A stretch of 63,991 bases of DNA, filler included, from Octopus bimaculoides (GCF_001194135.2; 7 parts of 5 records of this genome joined end to end with filler, not necessarily neighbours in it), one strand, 5' to 3'; shown: positions 1 through 11,327, numbered from the whole stretch's first letter. Notes: a model not told the origin generated them from the sequence alone. Program-made: numbers and translations.

Positions 1-360
1 CGTACGTTACGCGTCCTAATCCGCCGCTCTGCTGTAGAAACGGTTCGCCGAGTAGAAACGGTTTGCGATCCGACTGCCGCACACCGGGCCGCTGCGGAAG
101 GACGGGCTCCGGTGCGGGTGCGGGTTGAAGAAGCGAGGCGGTTTCTGGCTGCTGCTGCTGCCGCCGCGCGAGACACGGAGAAGACGGACGGGTCGGACGA
201 GAAGGACGACGCGCGGCCGAAGTGCAGCGGGTAGGCGGGGACAGCTGCTTTTCCCTTCTTCCGCTACGACAGTAGCCTCCGACGACGAGGACGACGACTC
301 CCACCGAGCGAGCGAGCGGCCGCTCCGAAACGATTGCGACAGCACGGGCTTGCACCTGGA
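1..360. promoter_or_regulatory. GC/CpG-rich island (possible promoter, first exon or TE 5' end)
   Basis: About 66% GC by hand count with dense CpG, against strongly AT-rich flanks; ends at a SINE tail. Confidence 0.4.
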
Positions 361-372
361 AAGTTACTTTCC

Positions 373-633
373 AAGGCATAAGTCTTGGCAAGGTTGTTTG
401 TGGAAGACCAGTAGTCACCTATGCATACCAGCTTCCCCTCTCCATGCCACCAATGTTATCCAAGGGAAAGGCGGCATCATTGATGTTGCAATTCATTTCT
501 ACAGCTGAGTGAACTGGAGCAATGTGAAATAAAGTGTCTTGCTCAGGAACACAACACACAACCCAGTCCAGGAATTGAACTCACCACTTCATTATTGTGA
601 GCCCGACGCTCTAACCACTGAGCTATGTGCCTT
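373..633 (-). mobile_element. tRNA-derived SINE, family C, near full length
   Basis: Minus strand starts GGCACATAGCTCAGTGGTTAGAGC (A box) ... GAGTTCAATTCC (B box); homologous copy at 39318-39536. Confidence 0.85.
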
Positions 634-638
634 TACAA

Positions 639-790
639 TATACATACATACATACATACATACATACATACATACATACATACATACATACATACATACA
701 TACATACATACATACATACATACATACATACATACATACATACATACATACATACATACATACATACATACATACATACATACATACATA
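639..790. repeat. (TACA)n microsatellite
   Basis: Perfect tetranucleotide array; explains the YIHT/MYVC ORFs. Confidence 0.98.
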
Positions 791-1451
791 CAGCTTACAT
801 GATGAATTTATACAGCTAACAACCTAAACTTTGAACATAATCATGACTGCTAGCTGGTAGATTCTAAATGTACATAAGGGTTGAATGAGAAGCAAAATGA
901 CATTTTATAGCAAAATTTGATAGCTGCGTACATAGACACACACCATAACTATTCAGCTACTAGGCTACATAGGAACAACTCCTGTCCACTCTACCACTCG
1001 ACAGATTAAATTTAGATAACCTTTGTCACTAGACTGTTCATTCAACCATGCCAGCCTTGATTTTCCATTAAAAAAAGTATGGTTCCGTCATATTAATGCA
1101 GTGCAAAACCGACAAAAATTTCTAAGGTTATTGCTAATCACAAAATCTTCCTCCACTGCATTTGACAGAAAAAAATTCAGACAGCTTTGATTGCTAGGAA
1201 TTTAGTCAAACTGTCTAACCCATGCCAGCATGGAAAGCAGATGCTACATGATGATCATGATAATGTTTCACATTTCCTATTATTCCTTTATATCTTATTG
1301 GATTTCTTTCAGTTTCTAAAACTCATTGCTGGAGTGTTGTGCATTCTTTTCCTTTCTAGTTTGTTCAATTTATGAAATAGTTGATACAAAACTAAGGCAC
1401 CTCCAGAATAACATGTCTTCATATAGAGCACTATTAGTATTAAAAAATGTT

Positions 1452-1622
1452 CATCATCATCATCATCATCATCATTGTTTAACATTCACTTTCCATGCTG
1501 GCATGGGTTGGACGGTTTGACTGAGAACTGGCGAGCCAGATGGCTGCACCAGGCTCCAATCTGATCTGGCAGAGTTTCTACAGCTGGATGCCCTTCCTAA
1601 CGCCAACCACTCCGAGAGTGTG
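1452..1622 (-). mobile_element. RTE 3'-end repeat, family B, (GAT)n tail
   Basis: CATCAT...TTTAAC...CCATGC...GGATGCCCTTCCTAACGCCAACC; matches the 3' end of the RTE copy at 23515-24118. Confidence 0.85.
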
Positions 1623-1685
1623 ACAATATTTTACAAACTCAATTTCCTCTAATACAAAATTATAATTTTACCCCTTGTATTTCAG

Positions 1686-1749
1686 TTCAGCCTGAATGAT
1701 TTGAAAAATTCACCAAACAAAACTGCATGCTGGGACGGAGTTCGGAATT
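1686..1749 (+). CDS. THYN1: THYN1 (thymocyte nuclear protein 1, EVE domain) internal exon, runs into gap
   Basis: Acceptor TATTTCAG, then FSLNDLKNSPNKTACWDGVRN, matching the THYN1 motif FSIEDLK...CWDGVRNYQ. Confidence 0.9.
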
Positions 1750-2439
1750 NNNNNNNNNNNNNNNNNNNNNNNNNNNNNNNNNNNNNNNNNNNNNNNNNNN
1801 NNNNNNNNNNNNNNNNNNNNNNNNNNNNNNNNNNNNNNNNNNNNNNNNNNNNNNNNNNNNNNNNNNNNNNNNNNNNNNNNNNNNNNNNNNNNNNNNNNNN
1901 NNNNNNNNNNNNNNNNNNNNNNNNNNNNNNNNNNNNNNNNNNNNNNNNNNNNNNNNNNNNNNNNNNNNNNNNNNNNNNNNNNNNNNNNNNNNNNNNNNNN
2001 NNNNNNNNNNNNNNNNNNNNNNNNNNNNNNNNNNNNNNNNNNNNNNNNNNNNNNNNNNNNNNNNNNNNNNNNNNNNNNNNNNNNNNNNNNNNNNNNNNNN
2101 NNNNNNNNNNNNNNNNNNNNNNNNNNNNNNNNNNNNNNNNNNNNNNNNCCTCCCTCCCTCCCTCGCTCTCTCTCTATACACACACACACACACACACAAA
2201 ATATCTCCATTGACAAGCTACTCTGACTATTTTCCTTTTCCTGAAATATTTTGAATATATGCTATATTTCCTTCCTGTACATACATGCATGCATGCTTGC
2301 ATGCACACATGCACACGTACAAACACATACACACATCTTCAAAACCAGAGAGAAGGAAACATCATGGAATTCTTCTCTCTGGTTCATCGAGCCATCTGTT
2401 TGTACTTTGTCATCATCTATGTAATATGCACTTGGAAAG

Positions 2440-2880
2440 AGGTATCATCACTCATGTTAATACCCAGGTCACACATTGATTTATGTTCTGGGATTGTAAT
2501 CCACCCTGGGCCAATACATTTTACCAATTTGGTAATAAAATGCACACAGCTAGCTGGATAGACCCTCCCAACATACAAAACAAAAGGTGACATTCATGGT
2601 CCTTTGGAGGGGACATACATCCTCAGCCACTTGGACTACTACTCCCAACTATGGTCACTACACAATATAAATTTCACGGAGGAACTCAAATACACCAAAT
2701 GAAGCTACACAGGGAAAATCATTTCAATGCAATCTATTAGTTACTGTGAAAGACTGAAAACTCTTTTCTCTAGAACAAAGGCAGGAAAGATATGGAGTGA
2801 TATACATCAGGAAAATCCTGGAAGGTCTTGTACCAAACTTTGGCATTGAAAGTTACTCAAACTGCAGAATGGGGTGCATA
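2440..2880 (+). mobile_element. CR1/L2-type LINE, degenerate C-terminal ORF2 fragment
   Basis: SHLDYYSQLW...ERLK...SLEQRQERYGVIYIRKILEGLVPNFG with stops and frameshifts. Confidence 0.75.
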
Positions 2881-2891
2881 TATAAGCCAGC

Positions 2892-3039
2892 ATTATTTAC
2901 ATTTGACGGATATTTGTCCTCATCTTGTTTGTTGTTAACACAACGTTTCGGCTGATATACCCACTAGCCTACATCAGGTGTCTTGGGGAAATTTCGAATC
3001 TGGTTTCTCAGTTCTAAGGTATTTTTCGATGTTATTATA
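2892..3039 (-). mobile_element. Penelope-like pseudo-LTR fragment carrying a hammerhead-like motif
   Basis: Minus strand GACAC CTGATGT A GGCT-loop-AGCC GAAA CG TT GTGTT at 2982-2937. Confidence 0.6.
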
Positions 3040-3116
3040 NNNNNNNNNNNNNNNNNNNNNNNNNNNNNNNNNNNNNNNNNNNNNNNNNNNATGTATACAT
3101 TTATGTATATATACTG

Positions 3117-3350
3117 TTGTGTCTGGGGAGAGTCATTCTCTTTTAGTGCCTTATAATTTAACACACTCACTGTTAAAATTTCCACATATTTCTTTTTTAT
3201 TTTTCTAAAATTTTCGTTGCATCTTGCAACCTTTTCAATAGTTTTGACAGTTAAAATTATTGAAAAGGTTTCAAGATGCAAGGAAAATTTTACTGGTGAG
3301 CGTGTTAAATTATAAGGCACTAAAAGAGAATGACTCTCTCCAGACACAAC
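3117..3350. repeat. Nested fold-back inverted repeat
   Basis: Outer arms about 3117-3183 and 3282-3350; inner arms about 3208-3240 and 3258-3290. Confidence 0.9.
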
Positions 3351-3659
3351 CTAGGTAACGGAAGCTATCAACTACTTCTAGTTTTTCTTCCTGGAATGTG
3401 TCAGAAGTTGTTCTCTGCACATTTTCAGTGTTTATTGCTCCTGAGCACCTGCCACATACAAAAACTATCTTCCTAGTTAGCCTTCCTTTGATATCTTATA
3501 AAGTTTCTACCTACACCTTTTCTACAGATCGAGCAGGGCCATCTACCTGAAGGGGTTTGTGGTTTGTCTACCTTCCTACTTATTAGGACTTTGGTTTTAG
3601 CTAGATTGACTCTAAGGCCCTTCGATTCTAATCCTTGCTTCCACACTTGAAACTTCTCC

Positions 3660-3990
3660 TCTAGTTCTGATAGTGTCTCAGTAATTAGTGCAAGTCAGCA
3701 TAGAGGAGCTCCCAGGGGCATCCTGTCTTGAATTCCTATGTTATTGCCTATGATAAGTAGGAGGGGGCTGAGGACTGAACCTTGGTGGACCCCTACCTCT
3801 ACCCGGAATTCTTCACTGTACTCGTTGCCAACCCTCACCTTACTGACAGTGTCCCTGTACATGGCTCGCACAGCCCTCACTAACCATTCATCTATCCCTA
3901 GTTTCCTCATTGACCACCAGATAAGGGAATGGGGGACCCTGTCAAAGGCTTTCTCCATGTACTGGATAAATTGCGAAAATTACTCTAACA
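3660..3990 (-). mobile_element. RTE LINE reverse-transcriptase fragment
   Basis: EKAFDRVPHSLIWWSMRKLG...GVHQGSVLSPLL. Confidence 0.9.
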
Positions 3991-4622
3991 GTTCAAATAC
4001 TAAGAAATAAGCATACTCAATTTCATTTTTACCAAATAATTTAGGTGTATGTCCACCCGTACACACATCTTATTTTTACGGAATGACTGAGTAAAACGCA
4101 GAATGAGAAAAAGAAAGAAACAGACAGAAAACAAGCTTCTATAGAAGTTGAAAGATGGATAGCGGGTGAGAGACAGATACTGATGTTTCATATCCTATGT
4201 ATGTTCTATAGTTGAAAGTGAAAGAAAGCCAGCACAAAATTGATACTATATGTTCTTTAGGTAAAGGTGAAAGAGAGCAACACAAAGAGAGGGGGAAGTG
4301 GGAGAAAAGGGGACGCTGAGAACTCCAGAAATGAGATCATGTACAATTTTAAGGTCGTTTTCACTTTCGTCCCATGTTTCACGCATGTGTAGAATTAAGC
4401 ATTGTCTTTCTCTTTCAATTTCTCATTATAATGTACGGAGATTTTCTGCTGTTAACATATTACAACTTCACTACATTTCCTTCTTTTGGAATTAAGAAAG
4501 GTATACAAAAATAACTTCCTTTGGCATTCACATGTATGTATGTATGTATATATATGTATTATATATATGTATGTATGTATGTATATATATGTATGTATAT
4601 ATGTATATATATGTATGTATGC

Positions 4623-4757
4623 ATCATGATCATCGTTTAACGTCCGCTTTCCATGCTAGCATGGGTTGGACGATTTGACTGAGGACTGGTGAACCAGATG
4701 GCTACACCAGGCTCCAATCTGATTTGGCAGAGTTTCTACAGCTGGATGCCCTTCCTT
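4623..4757 (-). mobile_element. RTE 3'-end repeat, family B
   Basis: Same consensus as 1452-1622. Confidence 0.85.
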
Positions 4758-4924
4758 TATATTGTGTACATCATCAAGAGTAAAATCTTCAAAGTTGGAA
4801 TCGCTACTTGCTAATGCCATATCGTTAAAAATTAAGATATGCACTTCTCTTCAAATGTTGAAAAAAACCAGGAAGTCTCAGAAATTTCACCATATTTTTA
4901 TTTGAATAAATGCAGGAAAGACTG

Positions 4925-5087
4925 GCTTTGTCTTGCATTATCTCAAAGCTACGAGAATTCAATAATGTGATTTGTTTATTTTTTTAATGATTTCATAGAG
5001 GAATCAGATATGGCCAGATTTGGCCAGTTCAAACAAAGGAGAATAATTTTCCCCTGGTTTTGGCTAGTCTAAACACTAAAGGGTTAA
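4925..5087. mobile_element. piggyBac-like MITE, right part
   Basis: Ends ...AAACACTAAAGGGTTAA; homologous to 58384-58611. Confidence 0.5.
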
Positions 5088-5570
5088 GCTAATGTTTGGA
5101 ATGTAAATTAGCATGAAATTTTGATGGAATGTTTTAATTTAGATCACTTCAAAACAGGCAGTGTGTATCAGAAAATCAGGGATTGTCTTGGGTGGGTTGG
5201 TATCAAAAGGGTTAGACAGGCTGCCTGGTTCTCCACTTGTAATACTTTGTCCCCTTCATGAGGCTGGACACCATTCCCCTGTCTTCATTATTCTTCTTTT
5301 GTAAGTTCTATCTATGAATCATTTAGCACATCTTTACCCAAGTGTCTTCCTCAACACATATTTCATATCTGCTATTTCGGTTTCCTCTCTTGTACACTAC
5401 CTTCAATTCCCATCATAACCACTTTTTCTCTCAGTTTATTTGTTCGTCATTGTTTATGCACATTAACATTGCACATCCAGTGGAGCATGCTCACCTCATT
5501 TCTTTCCAGCCTCCACATTCAATGTTCATATTTCTTTCCTGTGCATCATTGCACACCAGCATCATACATT

Positions 5571-5657
5571 CAGAGAGAGAATCCAAATATTACTAGCAGG
5601 GTGGAAAATGCTCAGAGAGCCATTGCTGCTGCTAGTAATATAGGGATTCTCTCTCTG
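5571..5657. repeat. Short inverted repeat, arms about 28 bp
   Basis: CAGAGAGAGAATCCAAATATTACTAGCAG versus CTGCTAGTAATATAGGGATTCTCTCTCTG. Confidence 0.85.
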
Positions 5658-6843
5658 AGTGTAAAACAGACTGTATGATGCTGGTGTCTTTATATCCTCA
5701 ACAGCTATTTTAACCATATGCCTGTGAGTTTCAGCGGCTGACCACTCTTACGAGTCGACTTGACATTCGTCTCTCTGCCAAATCTACTTCTCAATCTGTA
5801 AGCTCTCATCTTAGTATTTCCGTGTCTACTCCTTCATGCCCATAAGAGTAAATGTGCTGCTTCATTACCGATACACTGCTTTGCATTCCAGAATACTTTA
5901 CACTCCTAATTTTCATTTTGCAAAACACTGGCAAATTGCTTACTTTCCGGACTCGTCTCTTATCTTTTCTTGTTTTACAAACCAGTTAAGAACTTCTTTA
6001 AGTCAATCAACAGGTTATTATCAAATGTACTGCAATGAAGCAAAAGCTCTATCTAAATGGTTTTCATTGCTTTCATTTAAATTGTATTTTACAACAAATT
6101 AAAGACATTTTCTTTTTGTTTGGAAGGTCTACTGTTTGTGCTATATTGTTAAGGGCAATAAATGTTATTTTTACCTAATGCAACTACTTCTTTTCTGCAG
6201 CTGTTACAATGCTTTATGGACATGATTATACTGATTATACTGATGACATGATTATACTGATATCACTCCTTTACTCTGGACATTTGCATCCATTAAACTT
6301 TGTTTAACATAATTTTATTGTTTTGTTTGTTTTTTTTTGTTTGTTTTACATTCCAGTGAACTGATCAATGCCAGTAAACTTTAGATGACATCTGAAGAAA
6401 ATGACATTTTTTTTTGTTACTCACATGGTATAATTTAAATGCCAACATACTTTTTGCTAGTGATGTCTTTAATTCTTTAGTACAACATTATTTCAAAGGC
6501 AGTGCATGATTTGCAAATGATTTCTCTATTAAACTGAAACCACTACCTGCCAGACTAACGAAGTATCATCAGCTCTAACTATAGAAATTCTATAAGTTGC
6601 TTCACATCACAAACAGAGCACAAACTGTTACTAACTATATCTGGCTTAAAAAATGACATGTACATATTTATACAGCCACACATTTTATTTCTTCAACCAT
6701 TTACTCCATAGCATTGCTACAATTCCTGGTTATACTATTAAAAAATAAATAATAAAGTAAAAAAAAAACACCGACATTATTTCCTATAATGCATACATTT
6801 TAATTTAGTGAATTTATCCTTATTTTCCTTTTGTCTTTTGTAG

Positions 6844-6939
6844 GCTAGAAATTTTATGAAAGATCAGATGAAAGTTGAGCATAAAGTATTTTTTTATCAT
6901 AGTAATTGTAAAATTCCTGGAATTGCTGGCATCTGTGAG
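6844..6939 (+). CDS. THYN1: THYN1 internal exon (96 bp, phase 0/0)
   Basis: TTTTGTAG acceptor, ARNFMKDQMKVEHKVFFYHSNCKIPGIAGICE, GTCAGT donor; FFYHSNCK.PGIAG is a THYN1/EVE hallmark. Confidence 0.95.
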
Positions 6940-7370
6940 GTCAGTGTTATTGATAATAATCTCAATTTCTGTTTCATCTAATACTATTCTGTAACTGTTG
7001 CCTTATTTCACCCTAGATTTTTATTAAAATAATACATATCTAAATTTACAAACCTGCCCAACCCACCTCAGAAATAAGCAATTTATAATCCCATCATAAC
7101 TCTGTTTCTAAGCATTCAAGTTTGCATTATAAATAGCTATTAATTGTACTGTAAATTATTTTTACTGTCCATACATATTAAAGAACATGTCCTCTAATTC
7201 ACTTGTGAACTATTCATTACATTTTTATAACTGATAATATTTTAAAACAATGAACTCCCTACAATCTCAACTAATATTGTTTCCAGTAAATCCTCTGCAG
7301 TATAACAGAATAGAGAAATGAAGGCAAGAAGAAACTATGATTTCTTGTTTATTTCCTTCTTTTTTTTCAG

Positions 7371-7432
7371 GTTGTCAAAGAAAGTTATCCCGATCACACA
7401 GCATTTGATAAAAAGGACCCACATTATGACAA
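7371..7432 (+). CDS. THYN1: THYN1 internal exon (3' boundary uncertain)
   Basis: TTTTTCAG acceptor, VVKESYPDHTAFDKKDPHYD; weak candidate donor AA|GTATAG, otherwise stop after YDKYS. Confidence 0.9.
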
Positions 7433-7534
7433 GTATAGCTAAATTTATAATTTTTAACAATGTCTTTGATCTCAGTTTCATTAATGCCTTGTATATGTCT
7501 AGTTGTATGAGGTTATATTCGTTTTTTTTCTTAT

Positions 7535-7855
7535 TTTTTAACTTGTTTCAGTCATTTGACTGTGGCCATGCTGGAGCACTGCCTTGAAGGGATTTTAGTC
7601 AAATAAATTGACTGCAGGACTTATTTTTTCAGCCTAGTACTTATTCTATCCTTCTCTTTTGCTGAACTGCTAAGTTACAGGGATGTTAACTCACCAACAC
7701 CAGTTGTCAAACAGTGATGGGAGGGGACAAACAAAGACACACACACACCTATATATGTATGACGAGCTTCTTTCAGTTTCCACCTACCAAATCCACTCAC
7801 AAGGCTTTGCTCGACCTCAGGCTATAGTAGAAGCCACTTGCCCATGGTACCATGT
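7535..7855 (-). mobile_element. tRNA-derived SINE, family A, head truncated
   Basis: Reverse complement of the family A body and tail seen at 15172-15580. Confidence 0.85.
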
Positions 7856-8367
7856 AGTTGGGAATATGTCAGAATGCAGAAGTGATCATGATTTGTGCAC
7901 TCCTCAATAATGAGAATTAATGTAGGTGAAACCCAGCCTGAACATCTACTAGGGAAACAAAATAAATTCTAATTTTATTTTGGGGATACAGCATGGCCAA
8001 AACAAAAATCCAGCTTATAAAGAATTAACTATATTTTAACAGCGATATGTTAATTAAGACAAGGAGATGCATGAAGGATCATGTTATACTTTAGGGCAAA
8101 TTACATTAACATACATGGACTGTACCGTTTCTATTTAATGGTTTCTGTCATGAAGAAAGGACAATGATGATCTTTACAAGCTCTACAACACTAGTCATAT
8201 TGGGACTTGTTGATGTTCAGGCAGTACCTGTGAGAAAAAGAGTGGGAGGAATTCCAGAAGCTTGATGTCCTAAGGAGAAAGGCCTGAGAAAAGTAGTTAG
8301 TGTGGGTTTGGGGAGAAGAGACAGAAATAATAGCAAGAGGAAGAGTGATGGACAGGCTTCATCAATA

Positions 8368-8835
8368 TCATCATCATCGTTTAACGTCCGCTTTCCATGC
8401 TAGCATGGGTTGGACGATTTGACTGAGGACTGGCGAACCAGATGGCTGCACCAGGCTCCAATCTGATCTGGCAGAGTTTCTACTGCTGGATGTCCTTCCT
8501 AATGCCAACCACTCTGAGAGTATAGTGGGTGCTTTTATGTGCCACTGGCACAAGGGCCAGTCAGGTGGTACTGGCAATGGCCACGCTCAAATGGTGTTTC
8601 TTACGTGCCACCTGCACAGGAGCCAGTCCAGCGGCACCGGCAACGACCTCGCTCGAATGCTTTTTCACGTGCCACCGGCACAAATGCCAGTAAGGCGATG
8701 CTGGTAACTATCATGCTCAAATGGTGCTTTTTACATGTCCCAATGGCACGGAAGCCAGACAGCTGCTCTGGCAATGATCACGCTCAGACGGCGCTGTTAG
8801 CGCTCCACTGGCATGGGTGCCAGTCATCGAATTTG
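8368..8835 (-). mobile_element. RTE 3'-end repeat, family B, with internal tandem units
   Basis: Family B consensus plus repeated GTGCCAC...GCCAGT units. Confidence 0.85.
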
Positions 8836-9134
8836 GTACAATAGAAAATATGCAACTAGTTATCTCTCAAATATAGGGAATATTGTAGTAATGATAGAAA
8901 AGAGGTAAAATAAGAAGATAGTCTGTAGGACAGAAGTTGAAGTGTGTTGAGAAGTAAGTCTTTAATTATCCAGATGGCTTTCTTGTGGATACAATTATGG
9001 GATTTTTGTATGTAATAGTTGCATAGTTTGAGCTGTGTGAATAGCTATTGTTGATTTCACAGGGGGTTTTGTAGGTTTTTGCATAAGTGTTTTTACCTGA
9101 GAGAAAAACTAGTCTTAGCATAAAGTGAAATCTT

Positions 9135-9618
9135 CCGAGCGGGATCATTGCCGGTGCCCCTGGGCTGACTCTTGTGCGGGTGACACATGAGGTTTTTCGA
9201 GCGAGATCGTTGCCAGTGCCCCTGGACTGGCTCTTGTGCTGGTGACACATGAAATTTCTTCGAGCAAGATCGTTGCCGGTGCCCCTGAACTGGCTCTTGT
9301 GTGGGGTTGTTGTAGGATTTTCAAGCGAGATCGTTGCTGGTGCCCCTGGACTGGCTCTTGTGCGGGTGACACATGAGGTTTCTCGAGCGAGATGAGCATG
9401 GCCGTTGCCAGTACCGCCTGACTGGCCTTCGTGCGGGTGACACGTAAAAGCACCCACTACACTCTCTGAGTGGTTGGCATTAGGAAGGGCATCCAGCTGT
9501 AGAAACACTGCCAAATCAGATTGGAGCCTGGTGTAGCCATCTGGTTTCACCAGTCCTCAGTCAAATCGTCCAACTCATGCTAGCATGGAAAGCGGATGTT
9601 AAACGACGACGACGATAT
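9135..9618 (+). mobile_element. RTE 3'-end repeat, family B, with four units of about 62 bp
   Basis: GAGCGAGATCGTTGCC.GTGCCCCTGGACTGGCTCTTGTGC x4, then consensus tail ...GTTAAACGACGACGACGAT. Confidence 0.9.
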
Positions 9619-9924
9619 GAGATTGACAAGAGGAAAGATTGTAGGTTCTAGCATGTGTAGTGACTGAGGGTTTTAGTTGTGTTGTCATGATTTGAAGGTA
9701 TGAAATGGAGGATGGCTTCCTTTTATCATTGAGCTGTTGATGGAAATAAGATTATCATGCCTCCCATTGGTAGATGGTTTTCAGGTCTCTGATTATGCTA
9801 GCAGTACAAATAGTTGGAATGTATGTGTACATGGTTTTAAAACTGATGAATTTTGTTGGAAGATATATGGTTGTTTGTTGCATACTCTGTCTATCCAGAG
9901 CTATCAAATAATTTTCTCTTGTCA

Positions 9925-10250
9925 CATCCAGCATAAACTGACCCCTCTACATCACATAGGACTTGTACCTGATGTCCTCATGTGCAGCTCTTCTGCTGGT
10001 GCATTCAGAAACCTTGAGATCATTTGAAATGGTTCTGATTAACTTTTCAGAGTTTTTATCAATTGTTTCTTGGACTTTTTGTACAAAGTTATATGTTCTG
10101 ATGGTATTAGAGTCCTGTGCATGTTTTGCAGTTAGTTGCTGATTTTGGATCACTGTCAGCAGCTTCCAGCTCTTTTCAGTCTTTGACAACAAAGGATTGG
10201 GCAACTTTCAGGAAGCAAGCTATCTCTATATCACTTTGCTATATTTTTAA
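9925..10250 (-). mobile_element. Tc1/mariner-superfamily transposase, degenerate N-terminal fragment
   Basis: IRTISNDLKVSECTSRRAAHEDIRYKSYVM resembles the HTH region of IS630-Tc1-mariner transposases. Confidence 0.6.
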
Positions 10251-11227
10251 GGCAACAACTACAGAGTGTCTTTTCATTTGCTGAATCAACCTGATGTCTG
10301 ACCTTATTTATCTGTAAAGTAAGATTAAAAAAAAAAGTTACAAGGAAGTTAGAGATCTTGAAAGTGGTATCCTCAAAAAACTGATGCATTCTCTGTGTGT
10401 GTGTGTGTGCGCGCGCGTGCATATTCAGTCTTAACATGTTCTGGCAGATTTTAACATGAATATGTTACTCACCATTGGGTTTCATCTGCAGAGAGCAACT
10501 TCTTTCCCGAGATGATTGTGTTAACAGATGCCATTCAGTGACATTACTGACTCTGAGATGTGAGCATGATTAGCACACATCAGTAAATTTTGTCAGCTGA
10601 TCTCTATAAATAAGAGTGACCTTTTTCATTCAGATTCAGTTTTGAGAGGTGTCTGACTGAAAAGGTACAACTATGCTGAAACAGTAGTGTCTCAAATACT
10701 GTGTTACTGAATTGTGTGTTGTCAACACACATCATCTGAAGAGAGTTGTTCTCTGAAGGCAAAACCCAACAGTGAAAAGCATATTCACATTCAAATCTGT
10801 TGGAACATGTTACGAATGAATATGCACAAACCTTCTGCTTAGAAATTAAAATATTATGGAGGAATTTAAACCATATTTCGTGGTCTGCTACCACAACAGC
10901 TCCTTTATAGGATCCAGTTAGCTCAGGACATCATCAGGAGGAACCACGTCCGGTTTCGGCCCCTACTCCTCTACCATTTTAACGTGGCGGGGCCCCTCCT
11001 TTCGGAGGTGTCTTCAGCTCTGGTGTTGGGTGTATGTCTTCTTTCTTCTATTCCCTGGCCTCTTCGATGCAGCATCAACGAGTGTCAGTGTCCGACTGAT
11101 CGTCATGTCAAGTTCCCCTATTTATATCTGCTGCTAGGCTCCAGCAGACAGCCCCAGCTAGTTGTCACGTGACACTGTCTAAATTTCCCGCTGTTAGGGT
11201 CCAGTAGGCAGCACCAGCAAGTTGTCA

Positions 11228-11327
11228 NNNNNNNNNNNNNNNNNNNNNNNNNNNNNNNNNNNNNNNNNNNNTTAATTAATTAANNNNNNNNNNNNNNNNN
11301 NNNNNNNNNNNNNNNNNNNNNNNNNNN
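11228..11327. other. Artificial join: 44 N + TTAATTAATTAA + 44 N (12-mers also at 28449, 31798, 40552, 54890, 61686)
   Basis: Identical all-frame-stop 12-mer centred in a 100-bp N block. Confidence 0.95.

Noticed and set aside
539-827. YIHT/MYVC/THTH/YIYI ORFs here and throughout the window
   Set aside because: These are translations of microsatellites.
1687-2254. Long X-rich ORFs, here and at the other gaps
   Set aside because: They are open only because N runs contain no stop codons.
8195-8265. LVDVQAVPVRK as the next THYN1 exon
   Set aside because: Similarity is limited to VDVQ, a stop follows soon after, and there is no suitable acceptor.
10735-10760. CTGAAGA-GAG-loop-CTC-TGAAG hammerhead resemblance
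   Set aside because: The GAAA core and stems I and III are absent.
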